The translations under genes were made by a program, and so were the position numbers. A stretch of 64,000 nucleotides of DNA from a virus (Duplodnaviria > Caudoviricetes): IMG/VR virus record IMGVR_UViG_3300032373_000006, positions 3,739 through 67,738 of that record; one strand, written 5' to 3'. The notes beneath the pieces are model-generated. The model did no database searches. It was not told the DNA's origin and saw only the letters and a program-made list of their open reading frames with translations. Positions 44,091 to 52,736 of the stretch are shown here, one piece after another (position 1 is the first letter of the stretch; each line of letters begins with the position of its first letter).

Positions 44091-44753
44091 ATGAATATAG
44101 AATACATCAATCCTATCCAACCCATCAGGCCAAGATTCACTGAAGACTCGAAATTCCCCCTGCGGTTCAGGACACGACCCAAACTGCAGAGAAGGATGAT
44201 TAAAGTCCACACATACGCAAACCAGATCGCTGCGATGCGACTGTATCGTGCTGTCCGTAACGGGGATGTCCCCCAGCAAGTCGGGGTAGCTGACCTACAC
44301 CAGTTCATCGCACCAGACAAGGCATTCAGCAAAGTCACCCTCGGCTATGTCGTTATCAACTCGGTAGACTACGAGCCACGACAGTTGGTGAACAGCAAGA
44401 AGGTGGAAAAGCCGACCCAGAGTTATGCATTCAGAGATGTGAAGGAATTAGAGTACGGTCTCGAATGGATAATCTGCTCTTTCCTGCGCAAGTTCCTGAA
44501 CCAGTACAACGCAGCAGACTTGCAGATCAACACTCAGGAAGCGATGGAGGAAGAGCTCGATATCCTAGCAACCCAGAGCCACCAAGAACAGATGGAAATG
44601 GAAGCAGACTTGCGAGACTTTATGACAACTCCGATTATCTGGATGCAGCACTCTATCGACTACAAGTGGGAGTTCCAAGAGGTCTATCCACGATACAAAC
44701 CCGAGACCCCTGTACCACAGACGCCACCCGTGGACTTATCAAAGGCGTTTTGA
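44091..44753 (+). CDS. Hypothetical protein (220 aa), only convincing plus-strand gene
   Basis: GGAG SD before ATG 44091; AT-rich upstream region; no minus-strand gene occupies this interval. Confidence 0.7.
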   Translation: MNIEYINPIQPIRPRFTEDSKFPLRFRTRPKLQRRMIKVHTYANQIAAMRLYRAVRNGDVPQQVGVADLHQFIAPDKAFSKVTLGYVVINSVDYEPRQLVNSKKVEKPTQSYAFRDVKELEYGLEWIICSFLRKFLNQYNAADLQINTQEAMEEELDILATQSHQEQMEMEADLRDFMTTPIIWMQHSIDYKWEFQEVYPRYKPETPVPQTPPVDLSKAF

Positions 44754-44808
44754 TTTTTGGAGAAACGTGGCGCGGAAAGGGCCGATAACAGGCCCTCTCC
44801 GACCGATT

Positions 44809-45096
44809 CTAATGGACGTCGATCTTCTTGCTGTCGCCAGCAACGCCACCCATGATCATATCCATGAAGCCACCGCGACCAGTGTCCTCGTGTTCGACAC
44901 CAGCCTTGACCATTTGGGCATGATCACGCACGGCGGTTACCATATCACAGAAAGCTCCACGAGCCAGAAGCTCAGCACGTTCGGCAGCAGCAGTTTCGCC
45001 AAGGTCGATTTCCATCTGCATCTGGTCGAGCCGGAATTTCCAAGCGGCGTTCTTCTCTTCTGCAGTTTTGCGGAATTCACACAGTTTACAAGTCAT
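44809..45096 (-). CDS. Hypothetical protein (95 aa)
   Basis: MTCKLCEF start with ATGA overlap. Confidence 0.55.
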   Translation of the reverse strand: MTCKLCEFRKTAEEKNAAWKFRLDQMQMEIDLGETAAAERAELLARGAFCDMVTAVRDHAQMVKAGVEHEDTGRGGFMDMIMGGVAGDSKKIDVH

Positions 45097-45614
45097 AGTT
45101 TCAACATCTCCATTAGTGTTGTTGCCTGAAGACGAGCGTCGTCCAAGGCGTTGTGGTTCGGCTGGGCATCGGGGCGTTGATAGCCCAAGAGTTCCGCCCG
45201 CCAGCGGATCGTTCTGTAGTCCAGCTCCTGCCTGTACGTCCAAGGAGGCTCGAATCCAACATCGCGACAGTGCCCCTCAATGAGCACCAGATCGAAGCTC
45301 GGGGAGTTGGCCCAGACCTTGCCAATCTCATGAGACTTGAAGAACATCTTCAGCTGATGCAAGGCAGGCATCAAATGAACGCGAACAGCCCCAGCACTGA
45401 GTGGATCATACTCCTGCTCGCGCCACCATTGCAGAGTGTCAGGCTGCGGACAGCGCCCAGTCCTGAGCATGACATCCATGATATCCACAGGAATGAACAG
45501 GCTGTCTCCCAGCTTGCCTTCTATCGGGTTAAAGAGTTGGACACCAATCTCGAAGAGTGGAGCGTTAACCCCCACCCCCAGAGTCTCGATGTCAATCATC
45601 GCATCCCATTGCAT
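45093..45614 (-). CDS. DEDDh 3'-5' exonuclease (DUF5051/ExoVIII-like)
   Basis: IDIETLG, NSPSFDL, HNALDDA. Confidence 0.85.
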   Translation of the reverse strand: MQWDAMIDIETLGVGVNAPLFEIGVQLFNPIEGKLGDSLFIPVDIMDVMLRTGRCPQPDTLQWWREQEYDPLSAGAVRVHLMPALHQLKMFFKSHEIGKVWANSPSFDLVLIEGHCRDVGFEPPWTYRQELDYRTIRWRAELLGYQRPDAQPNHNALDDARLQATTLMEMLKL

Positions 45615-45624
45615 ATTCTATCTC

Positions 45625-46347
45625 CTAGTTATCGAACCAATAAACGATCCGGACTTCGTCTGGCTTGCCGATCTTCCACAGCTTGGGCATTGTATCCCAA
45701 AGGAAGTGCTGCGCTGTTTCGGCGTAAGACTGCTTCCACTCAACCTGAGTTACAGGTCCTTCGAACACGAAGCCAGTGTCTGGAGCATCATGGAAATGAC
45801 GCCACGTCAGAGTATCTGCACCGAACTCGGCTTTGAGCAAAGCGAACATCTCATCGTTCGTGACATTTTGAATGTCCCCGCCTCCGATGCTTCCAGACCA
45901 ACTTTCGGGCTTACCCCGCAGATGCCAGCGCAAGAACTCACGCTTGCCGACAACGCCGCGTTTCGTCGTGGTCTGTGTCCAGTCATACTGCAACAGTTCT
46001 TCAACAGTTTGCCAACTGTGTGAATGACCATCGCAACCATACTCATCGCTTGCAGTGTTCACCTCAGAACACACATCATCAGGCAACCCACGTGGATCAC
46101 AGATAGGAACGTATCCGTCACCAGTGTCTACGCCAGCGAAACCGTATCCATTGCGAACATTTGCAAGAATCGAGAACAGACCATAGTTCCGGCCAGTGTA
46201 CATCGGCTCTTTCTCAACAGTGAAGCCTGGACCCCACCTGTATGTTGACAACCGACCATCTTCATCTGGATCAGGGAACCACTCATCAGCAGTGACCCAT
46301 GTGTCGCCGACTTTCTTCTCGACGTAGAAGTGAATATCGCATCCCAT
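45625..46347 (-). CDS. Conserved hypothetical phage protein
   Basis: MGCDIHFYVE...RNYGLFSILANVRN...VRIVYWFDN. Confidence 0.8.
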   Translation of the reverse strand: MGCDIHFYVEKKVGDTWVTADEWFPDPDEDGRLSTYRWGPGFTVEKEPMYTGRNYGLFSILANVRNGYGFAGVDTGDGYVPICDPRGLPDDVCSEVNTASDEYGCDGHSHSWQTVEELLQYDWTQTTTKRGVVGKREFLRWHLRGKPESWSGSIGGGDIQNVTNDEMFALLKAEFGADTLTWRHFHDAPDTGFVFEGPVTQVEWKQSYAETAQHFLWDTMPKLWKIGKPDEVRIVYWFDN

Positions 46348-46348
46348 A

Positions 46349-46672
46349 TTACGTTCCTTTATTTTCCATCTGGTGTGAGATCAGGCCGACCAGCATGGCT
46401 GGGTCATCGTGGATGCCGCTGAGCGTGGCATCCTGCAGATCACACATCTCATCTACGAGACTGTGCAGTTCTTCGCGCAGCGTCTGGGCCAGAACCATAT
46501 CACCAGAGACCATGATCTTGACCTCGCGTTTGTTGTGAACTTTCATGAAACGTTCTGCCAGAACTTTGTTCTTCGCGCGGAATTCATCCCATATCTTGCC
46601 GACTTCTTTCTTCGCGACTGTGAATTTGTTTTCTACGTCGGCCATCTCTTCTTGAGCTGGTTTCTCATCCAT
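46349..46672 (-). CDS. Hypothetical protein
   Basis: Start MDEKPAQ with GGAGG SD. Confidence 0.6.
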   Translation of the reverse strand: MDEKPAQEEMADVENKFTVAKKEVGKIWDEFRAKNKVLAERFMKVHNKREVKIMVSGDMVLAQTLREELHSLVDEMCDLQDATLSGIHDDPAMLVGLISHQMENKGT

Positions 46673-47006
46673 GCCTAACCTCCATTTGGGACCATGTGAT
46701 TTCTGATTGTATCGTAACGAGTGAGGACTTCGCATCAATCGCGCTGCCCCATGAATCTGTACCCAAGATAAGACCCATGCCGACCAGTGTCTGGTCATGG
46801 ATCATGAACGCACGGTTCTTGAGTTTGAACAGCCCCTCGTCATCCACATACATGATGTCGCCATTATCCCAGGAGGCACCAGTGGTGAATGTACCAACAG
46901 GACCAGTCAGCCCCTTGCTGAGATACTGGTAGATGGGATCGATACCATCACCTACATCTACCTCAGTGACTTCACTGGTCCAAGGGTTGATTAATATTCC
47001 GCGCAT
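46665..47006 (-). CDS. DUF3846-like protein
   Basis: GILINP...MYVDDEGLFK..N...LVGMGLILG. Confidence 0.65.
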   Translation of the reverse strand: MRGILINPWTSEVTEVDVGDGIDPIYQYLSKGLTGPVGTFTTGASWDNGDIMYVDDEGLFKLKNRAFMIHDQTLVGMGLILGTDSWGSAIDAKSSLVTIQSEITWSQMEVRHG

Positions 47007-47419
47007 TACGCTGCCTCCATTGCTTCTTTGATTGAGTAAAAGTATTCCCACTGTGAAACGCCTCGTGTGACACGATAGACATTGTCTCCGATGGCATCCA
47101 GGGTATCGCCGATAGGGTGCTCAGCGTAATCTGTTTCCAAGAACCACCACTGCGTATCGCTGATATCCAGCTGCTCTGTGGTAGTGAATGGGCGACGCTC
47201 ACCGAGCGGCTTCCCTTTGACCATCGCAAGAGCGGTACGCACGGCGTCTTCTGCGTCATCAGTGAAGTATGCTGAATCGTGATGCTTCCCAGTGCCGATG
47301 GGGTAGACACGGAATTCACCCCAGTCATAGACCCACCGAATGGTGAGACCAACTGTACGACCGATAGCCGCGACTTCTGCTTTTGTGAATTTGAACATCT
47401 GATCACCAAGTTGAGACAT
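47006..47419 (-). CDS. Hypothetical protein
   Basis: Start MSQLGDQ with GGAG SD. Confidence 0.6.
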   Translation of the reverse strand: MSQLGDQMFKFTKAEVAAIGRTVGLTIRWVYDWGEFRVYPIGTGKHHDSAYFTDDAEDAVRTALAMVKGKPLGERRPFTTTEQLDISDTQWWFLETDYAEHPIGDTLDAIGDNVYRVTRGVSQWEYFYSIKEAMEAA

Positions 47420-47639
47420 ACTTCGCTCCTTCCTTGAGCAGTGCAGTATAACCGAACTTATTGTTGAAACGTGAGACCTCTGCATCCAGATCAGGATGCC
47501 CAGCCATTGTCAGACGACTGGCGTCCATACAGACTTCAGCGATCTCTTCAGCATCAGCGTCATGAGGCATGTCAGCAGCGATGTCTTGCGACAGAGCATT
47601 TAGAGCATCTTGCAGCTCTTTTGAGAATGTATCAGTCAT
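47403..47639 (-). CDS. Hypothetical protein (78 aa)
   Basis: ATGA coupling to upstream gene. Confidence 0.6.
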   Translation of the reverse strand: MTDTFSKELQDALNALSQDIAADMPHDADAEEIAEVCMDASRLTMAGHPDLDAEVSRFNNKFGYTALLKEGAKYVSTW

Positions 47640-47962
47640 GGTGCAGTATACTCCAATCCATAGTTTGCGGCGACTTCTTCAAATCCCTGTTCCCAGCTCT
47701 CTGGAGGGGTATTGTCGTGAACCTCACGCATATCCCAAAGGAACTCATAGAGCAGTGCTCCCAGGACAGGAACTACTGGGACCAGATCATGGAGAGGTAA
47801 GTTCTCCATCTTTGGTTCATACTCCTCATCAGTTATCAACGCACCAATGGCACACTTCAACCCATTGGATCGGAGAAGGCACAACTGGTCTTCTCTTTCA
47901 GACCGAATACCCTGCTTCCGCAGATGTGTGACCATCTTATCAAATGCTTCTTGTTCGTTCAT
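47636..47962 (-). CDS. Conserved hypothetical phage protein
   Basis: QEAFDKMVTHLRKQG...C.LRS.GLKCAIGALI...MREVHD. Confidence 0.7.
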   Translation of the reverse strand: MNEQEAFDKMVTHLRKQGIRSEREDQLCLLRSNGLKCAIGALITDEEYEPKMENLPLHDLVPVVPVLGALLYEFLWDMREVHDNTPPESWEQGFEEVAANYGLEYTAP

Positions 47963-48204
47963 TTCAACATCTCCGCTGCCATCTTCGACAGAACGACAGG
48001 TTCACTCTTGCCGTGTTCAATGCGGAACAGCTTTGGGTCATACTCAGCATTCTGCACCCAGCCATCAATCAGCTTCTGGCAAACGGCTTCGCGGGCTTCT
48101 GGTGTATCAGTTTTGACGCGGGGCATGGAGCGGAAGGTTGAGCCATAATCAATCGTGTTGGTCAGGCGACCATCATAGTACAAACGTGTGACGGGGTATG
48201 ACAT
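47959..48204 (-). CDS. Hypothetical protein (81 aa)
   Basis: AAGGT SD and early-type promoter. Confidence 0.65.
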   Translation of the reverse strand: MSYPVTRLYYDGRLTNTIDYGSTFRSMPRVKTDTPEAREAVCQKLIDGWVQNAEYDPKLFRIEHGKSEPVVLSKMAAEMLK

Positions 48205-48230
48205 CTTTTCTTACCTTTGTGTTGTTGTGT

Positions 48231-48265
48231 ACCTACACAGTACCATGCGACAAATATCGTGACAA
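48231..48265 (-). promoter_or_regulatory. Early-type promoter TTGTCA-N17-TACTGT with extended TGGTACTGTGTAGGT box
   Basis: The same 15-mer recurs at 49074-49088 and, with 1 mismatch, at 55121-55135. Confidence 0.75.
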
Positions 48266-48272
48266 ACGTAAA

Positions 48273-48305
48273 GTGTCCCGCCAGCGATAAACACCAGCGG
48301 GACAC
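48273..48305 (-). terminator. Rho-independent terminator
   Basis: GTGTCCCGC...GCGGGACAC followed by TTTACGTTT. Confidence 0.75.
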
Positions 48306-48482
48306 CTGCAGAGTCACTCCAGTATCAGTGATCGATATAACCTCTTTCGCAGACTCGTCCGGCTCGTTCCGGAGTCTGTTCCGCTAAAGCGTCACGACCA
48401 GAGAAGGTAACGCCTATGGACGTCCCAGAGCCTCTGTTGCTGGGTTTATAGGCCAATACCCAGCTAGGCCATCCCTTGCGCT

Positions 48483-48719
48483 CTAGCAGGCCCTCCGAGC
48501 CGTGCTACGGCGGTCCTGTGGCGGCGCTATACGTAGCACACCATTAGGACGTCTGCCAAGCGTTATGCAGTCAATCTGTAGCCACGCCGGACCAGCCGAC
48601 TTGCGTGGTCTACCGAGTGTTCCGTACTTGATTTGGGAATATCTCCGCTCAACTACGCCAGTTTTCTTGTGGACTCTGACGTTTCGGTTGTGCGAGTAAT
48701 AGTATTTACTGAACCACAT
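48483..48719 (-). CDS. Basic hypothetical protein (possibly NUMOD4-like)
   Basis: MWFSKYYYSHNRNVRVHKKTG...; weak support. Confidence 0.35.
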   Translation of the reverse strand: MWFSKYYYSHNRNVRVHKKTGVVERRYSQIKYGTLGRPRKSAGPAWLQIDCITLGRRPNGVLRIAPPQDRRSTARRAC

Positions 48720-49038
48720 TACGGAACGGGCTTTCATCGTCGTAACCAGTTTCAAGCAGTTGTGCCGCGTGATTTGCCATGATGACAACACGATCAGGCA
48801 GTTCGGTCAGCTCCATGCGGTAGTGGAACTCTGGGGAATACCAGCCGACGGACTCGACGATAACAGTCTTGCCGCGTTTCCAGACTTGGAATTGTGCTTC
48901 CTCGGTAGCTACCAGCCTATCAATGTGATCTGGCAAGTTTGACACGCCAGTCCACTTGACACGATTGGCCTCGTGATCATACGTTGCGAACATAAGAAAG
49001 GTATGGTCTTCCTCGTTTGGGAGATACTCAGTCTTCAT
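48706..49038 (-). CDS. Hypothetical protein
   Basis: Start MKTEYL after the repeated early promoter. Confidence 0.6.
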   Translation of the reverse strand: MKTEYLPNEEDHTFLMFATYDHEANRVKWTGVSNLPDHIDRLVATEEAQFQVWKRGKTVIVESVGWYSPEFHYRMELTELPDRVVIMANHAAQLLETGYDDESPFRNVVQ

Positions 49039-49073
49039 AGCTTTACCCTTTTCATTGGCGGGCATTATTGCCC

Positions 49074-49088
49074 ACCTACACAGTACCA
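49074..49088 (-). promoter_or_regulatory. Early-type extended -10 box TGGTACTGTGTAGGT
   Basis: Identical to 48231-48245. Confidence 0.7.
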
Positions 49089-49113
49089 CGCGACGTTTAG
49101 GCCGACCAATTCT

Positions 49114-49290
49114 TTATTTCCGCCAAGACGTTGGATGTGTACGCTTGGGCTTTTCTCGTTTTTCTGGCTTCGGGTAATCAATAGGCTTCATAAGAGTACA
49201 CTCCTCCTGAATTTCTATAACAATATCAGGATCAAGATCTTTTAGAGCCAACGACAGAGTTCCTACCGATTCAGATAACATGAGTTTCAT
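49114..49290 (-). CDS. Hypothetical protein (58 aa)
   Basis: Manual translation MKLMLSESVG...HPTSWRK. Confidence 0.45.
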   Translation of the reverse strand: MKLMLSESVGTLSLALKDLDPDIVIEIQEECTLMKPIDYPKPEKREKPKRTHPTSWRK

Positions 49291-49291
49291 T

Positions 49292-49600
49292 CTAAAGCTC
49301 CGCGTCTCCGAGCCATCCCATCAAGGCATCACGATAATCCCAGAACCCAGAAAGGCTTCCGTCATCGTCTTTGATCGTTGCTCGTTCAACAACTTTAGAA
49401 CCAGAAGGTGCGACGATACCACCAGTCTCGTTGACGTGGATGTCTGACTCTTTGCCACCTTCTGGCATCCAGATTTCAAACACAACGCATTCAGTCACAC
49501 CTGCGCCGCCATGTTCAATAGCGTGACCAACTGCTTCCCAAAGTTTTGATCCACGGCCCCACGACATCTTGTTCGTCGCTGCGATAAAGAAACTATTCAT
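49292..49600 (-). CDS. Hypothetical protein
   Basis: 102-aa ORF with ATGA coupling. Confidence 0.6.
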   Translation of the reverse strand: MNSFFIAATNKMSWGRGSKLWEAVGHAIEHGGAGVTECVVFEIWMPEGGKESDIHVNETGGIVAPSGSKVVERATIKDDDGSLSGFWDYRDALMGWLGDAEL

Positions 49601-49812
49601 ACCTGAGTAAACCTTCCATCAAAGAAATTCGAGTAAGGGCGAACCCAGAGAGTATCACTGGTATTGTCAGCGATCATGTACAATACGCCGACTTCCAGAG
49701 TAGCTTCAATCATGCAATGACCCATGATAGTGTAGATGCGACCAGTTTTCACGTGCAGGAATGTTGTCCCAACGTAAGAGGCGACACGCGACTGTTGTTG
49801 TTCGCTGATCAT
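49597..49812 (-). CDS. DUF1653-like protein
   Basis: FLHVKTGRIYTI...VLY......WVRPYSNFFDGRF. Confidence 0.7.
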   Translation of the reverse strand: MISEQQQSRVASYVGTTFLHVKTGRIYTIMGHCMIEATLEVGVLYMIADNTSDTLWVRPYSNFFDGRFTQV

Positions 49813-49955
49813 GGGATCATCATCTCCAGGAACTCGGCAGGTGTCACGCACTGCGGATTGCTCCAGCTTTCACAGCCAATCACTGCGTTGAGCAGGACAA
49901 ACAGGATCAAGGATGCGAACACCCAGCATCCTGCGAAGTTGAGAATATATTTCAT
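49809..49955 (-). CDS. Small membrane protein (48 aa)
   Basis: MKYILNFAGCWVFASLILFVLLNAVIGC...; manual translation, ATGA overlaps. Confidence 0.5.
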   Translation of the reverse strand: MKYILNFAGCWVFASLILFVLLNAVIGCESWSNPQCVTPAEFLEMMIP

Positions 49956-50155
49956 GGTCTCACCTCCGGACGAATAGAAGTTACAGGCGCTGATGTGTAA
50001 TCGCAGAAGGAATCTACTTGGTAGCCTTCTGCCTCAAACATCATGCGGAAATGCAGAGAGGTTTTCACGCACTCTACGGGTCTTTCAACGATGAAGTAAA
50101 TCTCGTTGCCGTCTGGACCAGTGAGGATCATGGTCAGGAACGCTAGAAGTTTCAT
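49952..50155 (-). CDS. Hypothetical (secreted?) protein
   Basis: N-terminal hydrophobic segment and two Cys. Confidence 0.55.
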   Translation of the reverse strand: MKLLAFLTMILTGPDGNEIYFIVERPVECVKTSLHFRMMFEAEGYQVDSFCDYTSAPVTSIRPEVRP

Positions 50156-50371
50156 TTACTTCTCCGCCAACAAACGCGCAAACAACCGAATCGCTTTTTC
50201 TTTGGTTGTTTTGCCTTTTTGGATTCTAACCATTTCACCATTATTTGCGCGGACAGTAATGTCTTTTTTGCTTACCCCCACCATGAATTCTGCATTCTTG
50301 TCATCCGTGAAATTAACAGAGTCAGTAGCAGAATCGTAGTTGGCGTAGCTGTAGGAGTTCTCGTATGTCAT
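50156..50371 (-). CDS. Hypothetical protein (71 aa)
   Basis: Promoter TAGTCT-N17-TATACT at 50401-50429. Confidence 0.6.
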   Translation of the reverse strand: MTYENSYSYANYDSATDSVNFTDDKNAEFMVGVSKKDITVRANNGEMVRIQKGKTTKEKAIRLFARLLAEK

Positions 50372-50426
50372 TGGGTTTACCTATTTGTTACTGTAAGACC
50401 AGTATACAGTGCGAGCCTAGTAAAGA

Positions 50427-50681
50427 CTAATTCAGTTTGTCACGCATACGATAAACAAGTTCTTTGCTTGTTACTTCAACAGCGCCAGCTTTTACGGCTT
50501 TCGTGCGCATCGCTTTGCTGATGTCGAAATGTTCCCGCCATGTGTCTTCTGCTTGGATATGTTTGTGGCTCATACCGATCTTGGTCATCATGTCCAGCAG
50601 TTCTTGTTTAGTATCAGCCGCGCAGTGGCACATCTTCATGCGACCATAGGGGATTTGCTTATCGTCTACATATACTGTCAT
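50427..50681 (-). CDS. DUF4031-family protein
   Basis: MTVYVDD...MCHCAADT..EL...EHFDIS..R..AVKAGAV. Confidence 0.8.
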   Translation of the reverse strand: MTVYVDDKQIPYGRMKMCHCAADTKQELLDMMTKIGMSHKHIQAEDTWREHFDISKAMRTKAVKAGAVEVTSKELVYRMRDKLN

Positions 50682-50977
50682 GCGTCAAAGATATCCTCGA
50701 ATATGCCACAGAACTCAGGGTTCGGGACTTTCTCAACGATTGCATCCATCTCCGGATGAAGTCCGCAGCCGAGGAGTTCTGCCTCTTCATCAGATAGTGT
50801 CATGCACCACCCATCAAGGATTTCCAAATCTGCCTCGTAAACACCATCAGCACCAAGGACAGGGTCAAGGCTTTCCAACCATTTCTCCTCAGAGCAAAAC
50901 CTGTTGATCATACCGTTATCATAGGCGATGAGTAGGGCAACACGTTTGATGCCAGCGAATTTATCAATCTTTGCCAT
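50678..50977 (-). CDS. Hypothetical protein
   Basis: 99-aa ORF in a coupled chain. Confidence 0.6.
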   Translation of the reverse strand: MAKIDKFAGIKRVALLIAYDNGMINRFCSEEKWLESLDPVLGADGVYEADLEILDGWCMTLSDEEAELLGCGLHPEMDAIVEKVPNPEFCGIFEDIFDA

Positions 50978-51294
50978 TATGCCTCCAACACCATATCTTC
51001 TGCCCAGTCCTCGTAATCGAACATCTCAGGGATCCATGTTTCCAAGATGAGAATTGTTTCCAATTGCTGACGTTTGCCAAGATCGGGGCGGAACAGAACA
51101 CCCACACGGAACACGAGAGTACCTTCCATAAGAGGCTGCTCAAGTTTTGATCCAGGTAGATGCTCACCGAGATCTGGTCCGGTATAGTATCCCTTGGGCG
51201 TGAAAGGACTTCCATTACCCATATAATTTGTTGGGTTCCAGAAGCCGATCCGCAATCCAGCGGTAACTCTCATACTGTCAATGGCTGAGCCCAT
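50977..51294 (-). CDS. Hypothetical protein
   Basis: ORF in chain; start uncertain. Confidence 0.5.
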   Translation of the reverse strand: MGSAIDSMRVTAGLRIGFWNPTNYMGNGSPFTPKGYYTGPDLGEHLPGSKLEQPLMEGTLVFRVGVLFRPDLGKRQQLETILILETWIPEMFDYEDWAEDMVLEA

Positions 51295-51788
51295 TCAGGC
51301 CACCCTCTGTTCTTGTAGGTCGCCGCACGTTTGTCAGTCGCCCAGCGTTCTTGCAGGTATGCTCTGTAAGACTCTGGTACTGGCAGGTCTGAGAAATCCA
51401 AACCAAGACCTTCATGACGAGCGCTATTTTGAAACGGTAGCAAAGGACCATCTGGAATGCAACCGATAAATCTCCCAATGTAAGGTGTCCGCTCTGCGCT
51501 TCCATGTTTAGTTCCGTAGCGAACCTGCCATTCGGCGGAGCAGGCGTAGGCATAGGTAAGGCACCACTGCCAATTTGACCGCGTAGCCCCCACCCAGAGC
51601 GTCACTGGATGCGCCTTGTGGGTTGGCTTGCACCCTAACCCCACACCATACTCCATGGTGTCCGGTGCGTGTCTGTGTACGGCGGTAGACAGCAGTTGGT
51701 TGGCTTCACGCAGCGCGGTCCCGATACGCTTGTCGTCAAGCAACTGCGGAGCCAGCGTTGGGTCAGTGTCAAGGATAAACAGGTTCAT
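51270..51788 (-). CDS. Pyrimidine-dimer DNA glycosylase / endonuclease V-like protein
   Basis: MNLFILD.DP...DKRI...EANQLLSTA...KPTHKAHPVTLWV. Confidence 0.75.
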   Translation of the reverse strand: MNLFILDTDPTLAPQLLDDKRIGTALREANQLLSTAVHRHAPDTMEYGVGLGCKPTHKAHPVTLWVGATRSNWQWCLTYAYACSAEWQVRYGTKHGSAERTPYIGRFIGCIPDGPLLPFQNSARHEGLGLDFSDLPVPESYRAYLQERWATDKRAATYKNRGWPEWAQPLTV

Positions 51789-52129
51789 GACTTCACGGCC
51801 TCGAATTCCAGCTGAAAGTTACTTTCAACAAATGAGAGCAAGTCGCCGACTTGTCTTTCCAATTTTTGAATGCGGAACTCAAATTCATCAACTTGTTCAG
51901 ATTTCGCTTTTGGATTTTTCGGTACTAGATCTCCGAACATATCTTTGCGAACTCTGCCGATAGTGTGGGCAGAAACTCCCAACATATTTCCCATTCTTAT
52001 GTCTGTGTACCCAGAAGGATATTGAACTCCACCATCAACTTTTGTCAGAATTTCTTCTAGTTTCTGGTGAATTTCAATGATTTTTGAGGGTGAGGCATAA
52101 CGTGTTCTAGCCATTTTCGATAACTCCAT
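51785..52129 (-). CDS. HTH DNA-binding protein with coiled-coil
   Basis: YTDIRMGNMLGVSAHTIGRVRKDMFG. Confidence 0.65.
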   Translation of the reverse strand: MELSKMARTRYASPSKIIEIHQKLEEILTKVDGGVQYPSGYTDIRMGNMLGVSAHTIGRVRKDMFGDLVPKNPKAKSEQVDEFEFRIQKLERQVGDLLSFVESNFQLEFEAVKS

Positions 52130-52427
52130 TTTTTGTTGCAGATTCTATTGCGTTGTTGATCATATCATTCCCGTTCGGGAACAACGCACTGAGATGTTCT
52201 TCGCTAATAGTCAGTGATTTACACAGATCAAACACGATTTCAATCAGCTCAATCTCCCACACAGCTCCAGTTCCTGGTTCATAGAACTCAATACGACCAG
52301 AAGGCGCAATAGGAAGGGCTGTGCAGATCAATGAGAACTCTACATTCACCATGCTGAACGGTGCATCTGATTCATTGTCGTTGTAGACATAAAGGTCTTC
52401 AAAGCACCATTGGTGTGAACCGTACAT
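52107..52427 (-). CDS. Hypothetical protein
   Basis: Start MYGSHQW via TGATG overlap. Confidence 0.55.
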   Translation of the reverse strand: MYGSHQWCFEDLYVYNDNESDAPFSMVNVEFSLICTALPIAPSGRIEFYEPGTGAVWEIELIEIVFDLCKSLTISEEHLSALFPNGNDMINNAIESATKNGVIENG

Positions 52428-52666
52428 CAGCCTTCCACCTTGTGAAGTTCGCCATCGGCGTTGCGGATATATTTCTGACCGAAGCCAAAGCCGAGAATAC
52501 CACAACCCTGACTGTCCCAGGATTTCTGCGTCATTGTAGCCCAAGGACCGTGGCGTCCGTTGCGGCCCATAGTCGCACCATCATAGACAACCTCATCTTC
52601 TTGCTTGGTGAAAGGTTCTCCCATGTCATCAAATGACCTTTTCTCTGCGCTGATGTAACGTGACAT
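52427..52666 (-). CDS. Hypothetical protein (79 aa)
   Basis: AAGGT SD; promoter TAGTCA-N16-TATACT at 52699-52726. Confidence 0.6.
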   Translation of the reverse strand: MSRYISAEKRSFDDMGEPFTKQEDEVVYDGATMGRNGRHGPWATMTQKSWDSQGCGILGFGFGQKYIRNADGELHKVEG

Positions 52667-52736
52667 TTGTCTTACCTTTTGTTTGTTTCCGTGTAACTAG
52701 TATAGCACACGAAAACTCAGTGACTAGGCTTATTTG

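Noticed and set aside
48300-48480. Hammerhead, HDV-like or group I ribozyme
   Set aside because: No CUGAUGA/GAAA core or other catalytic consensus found on either strand.
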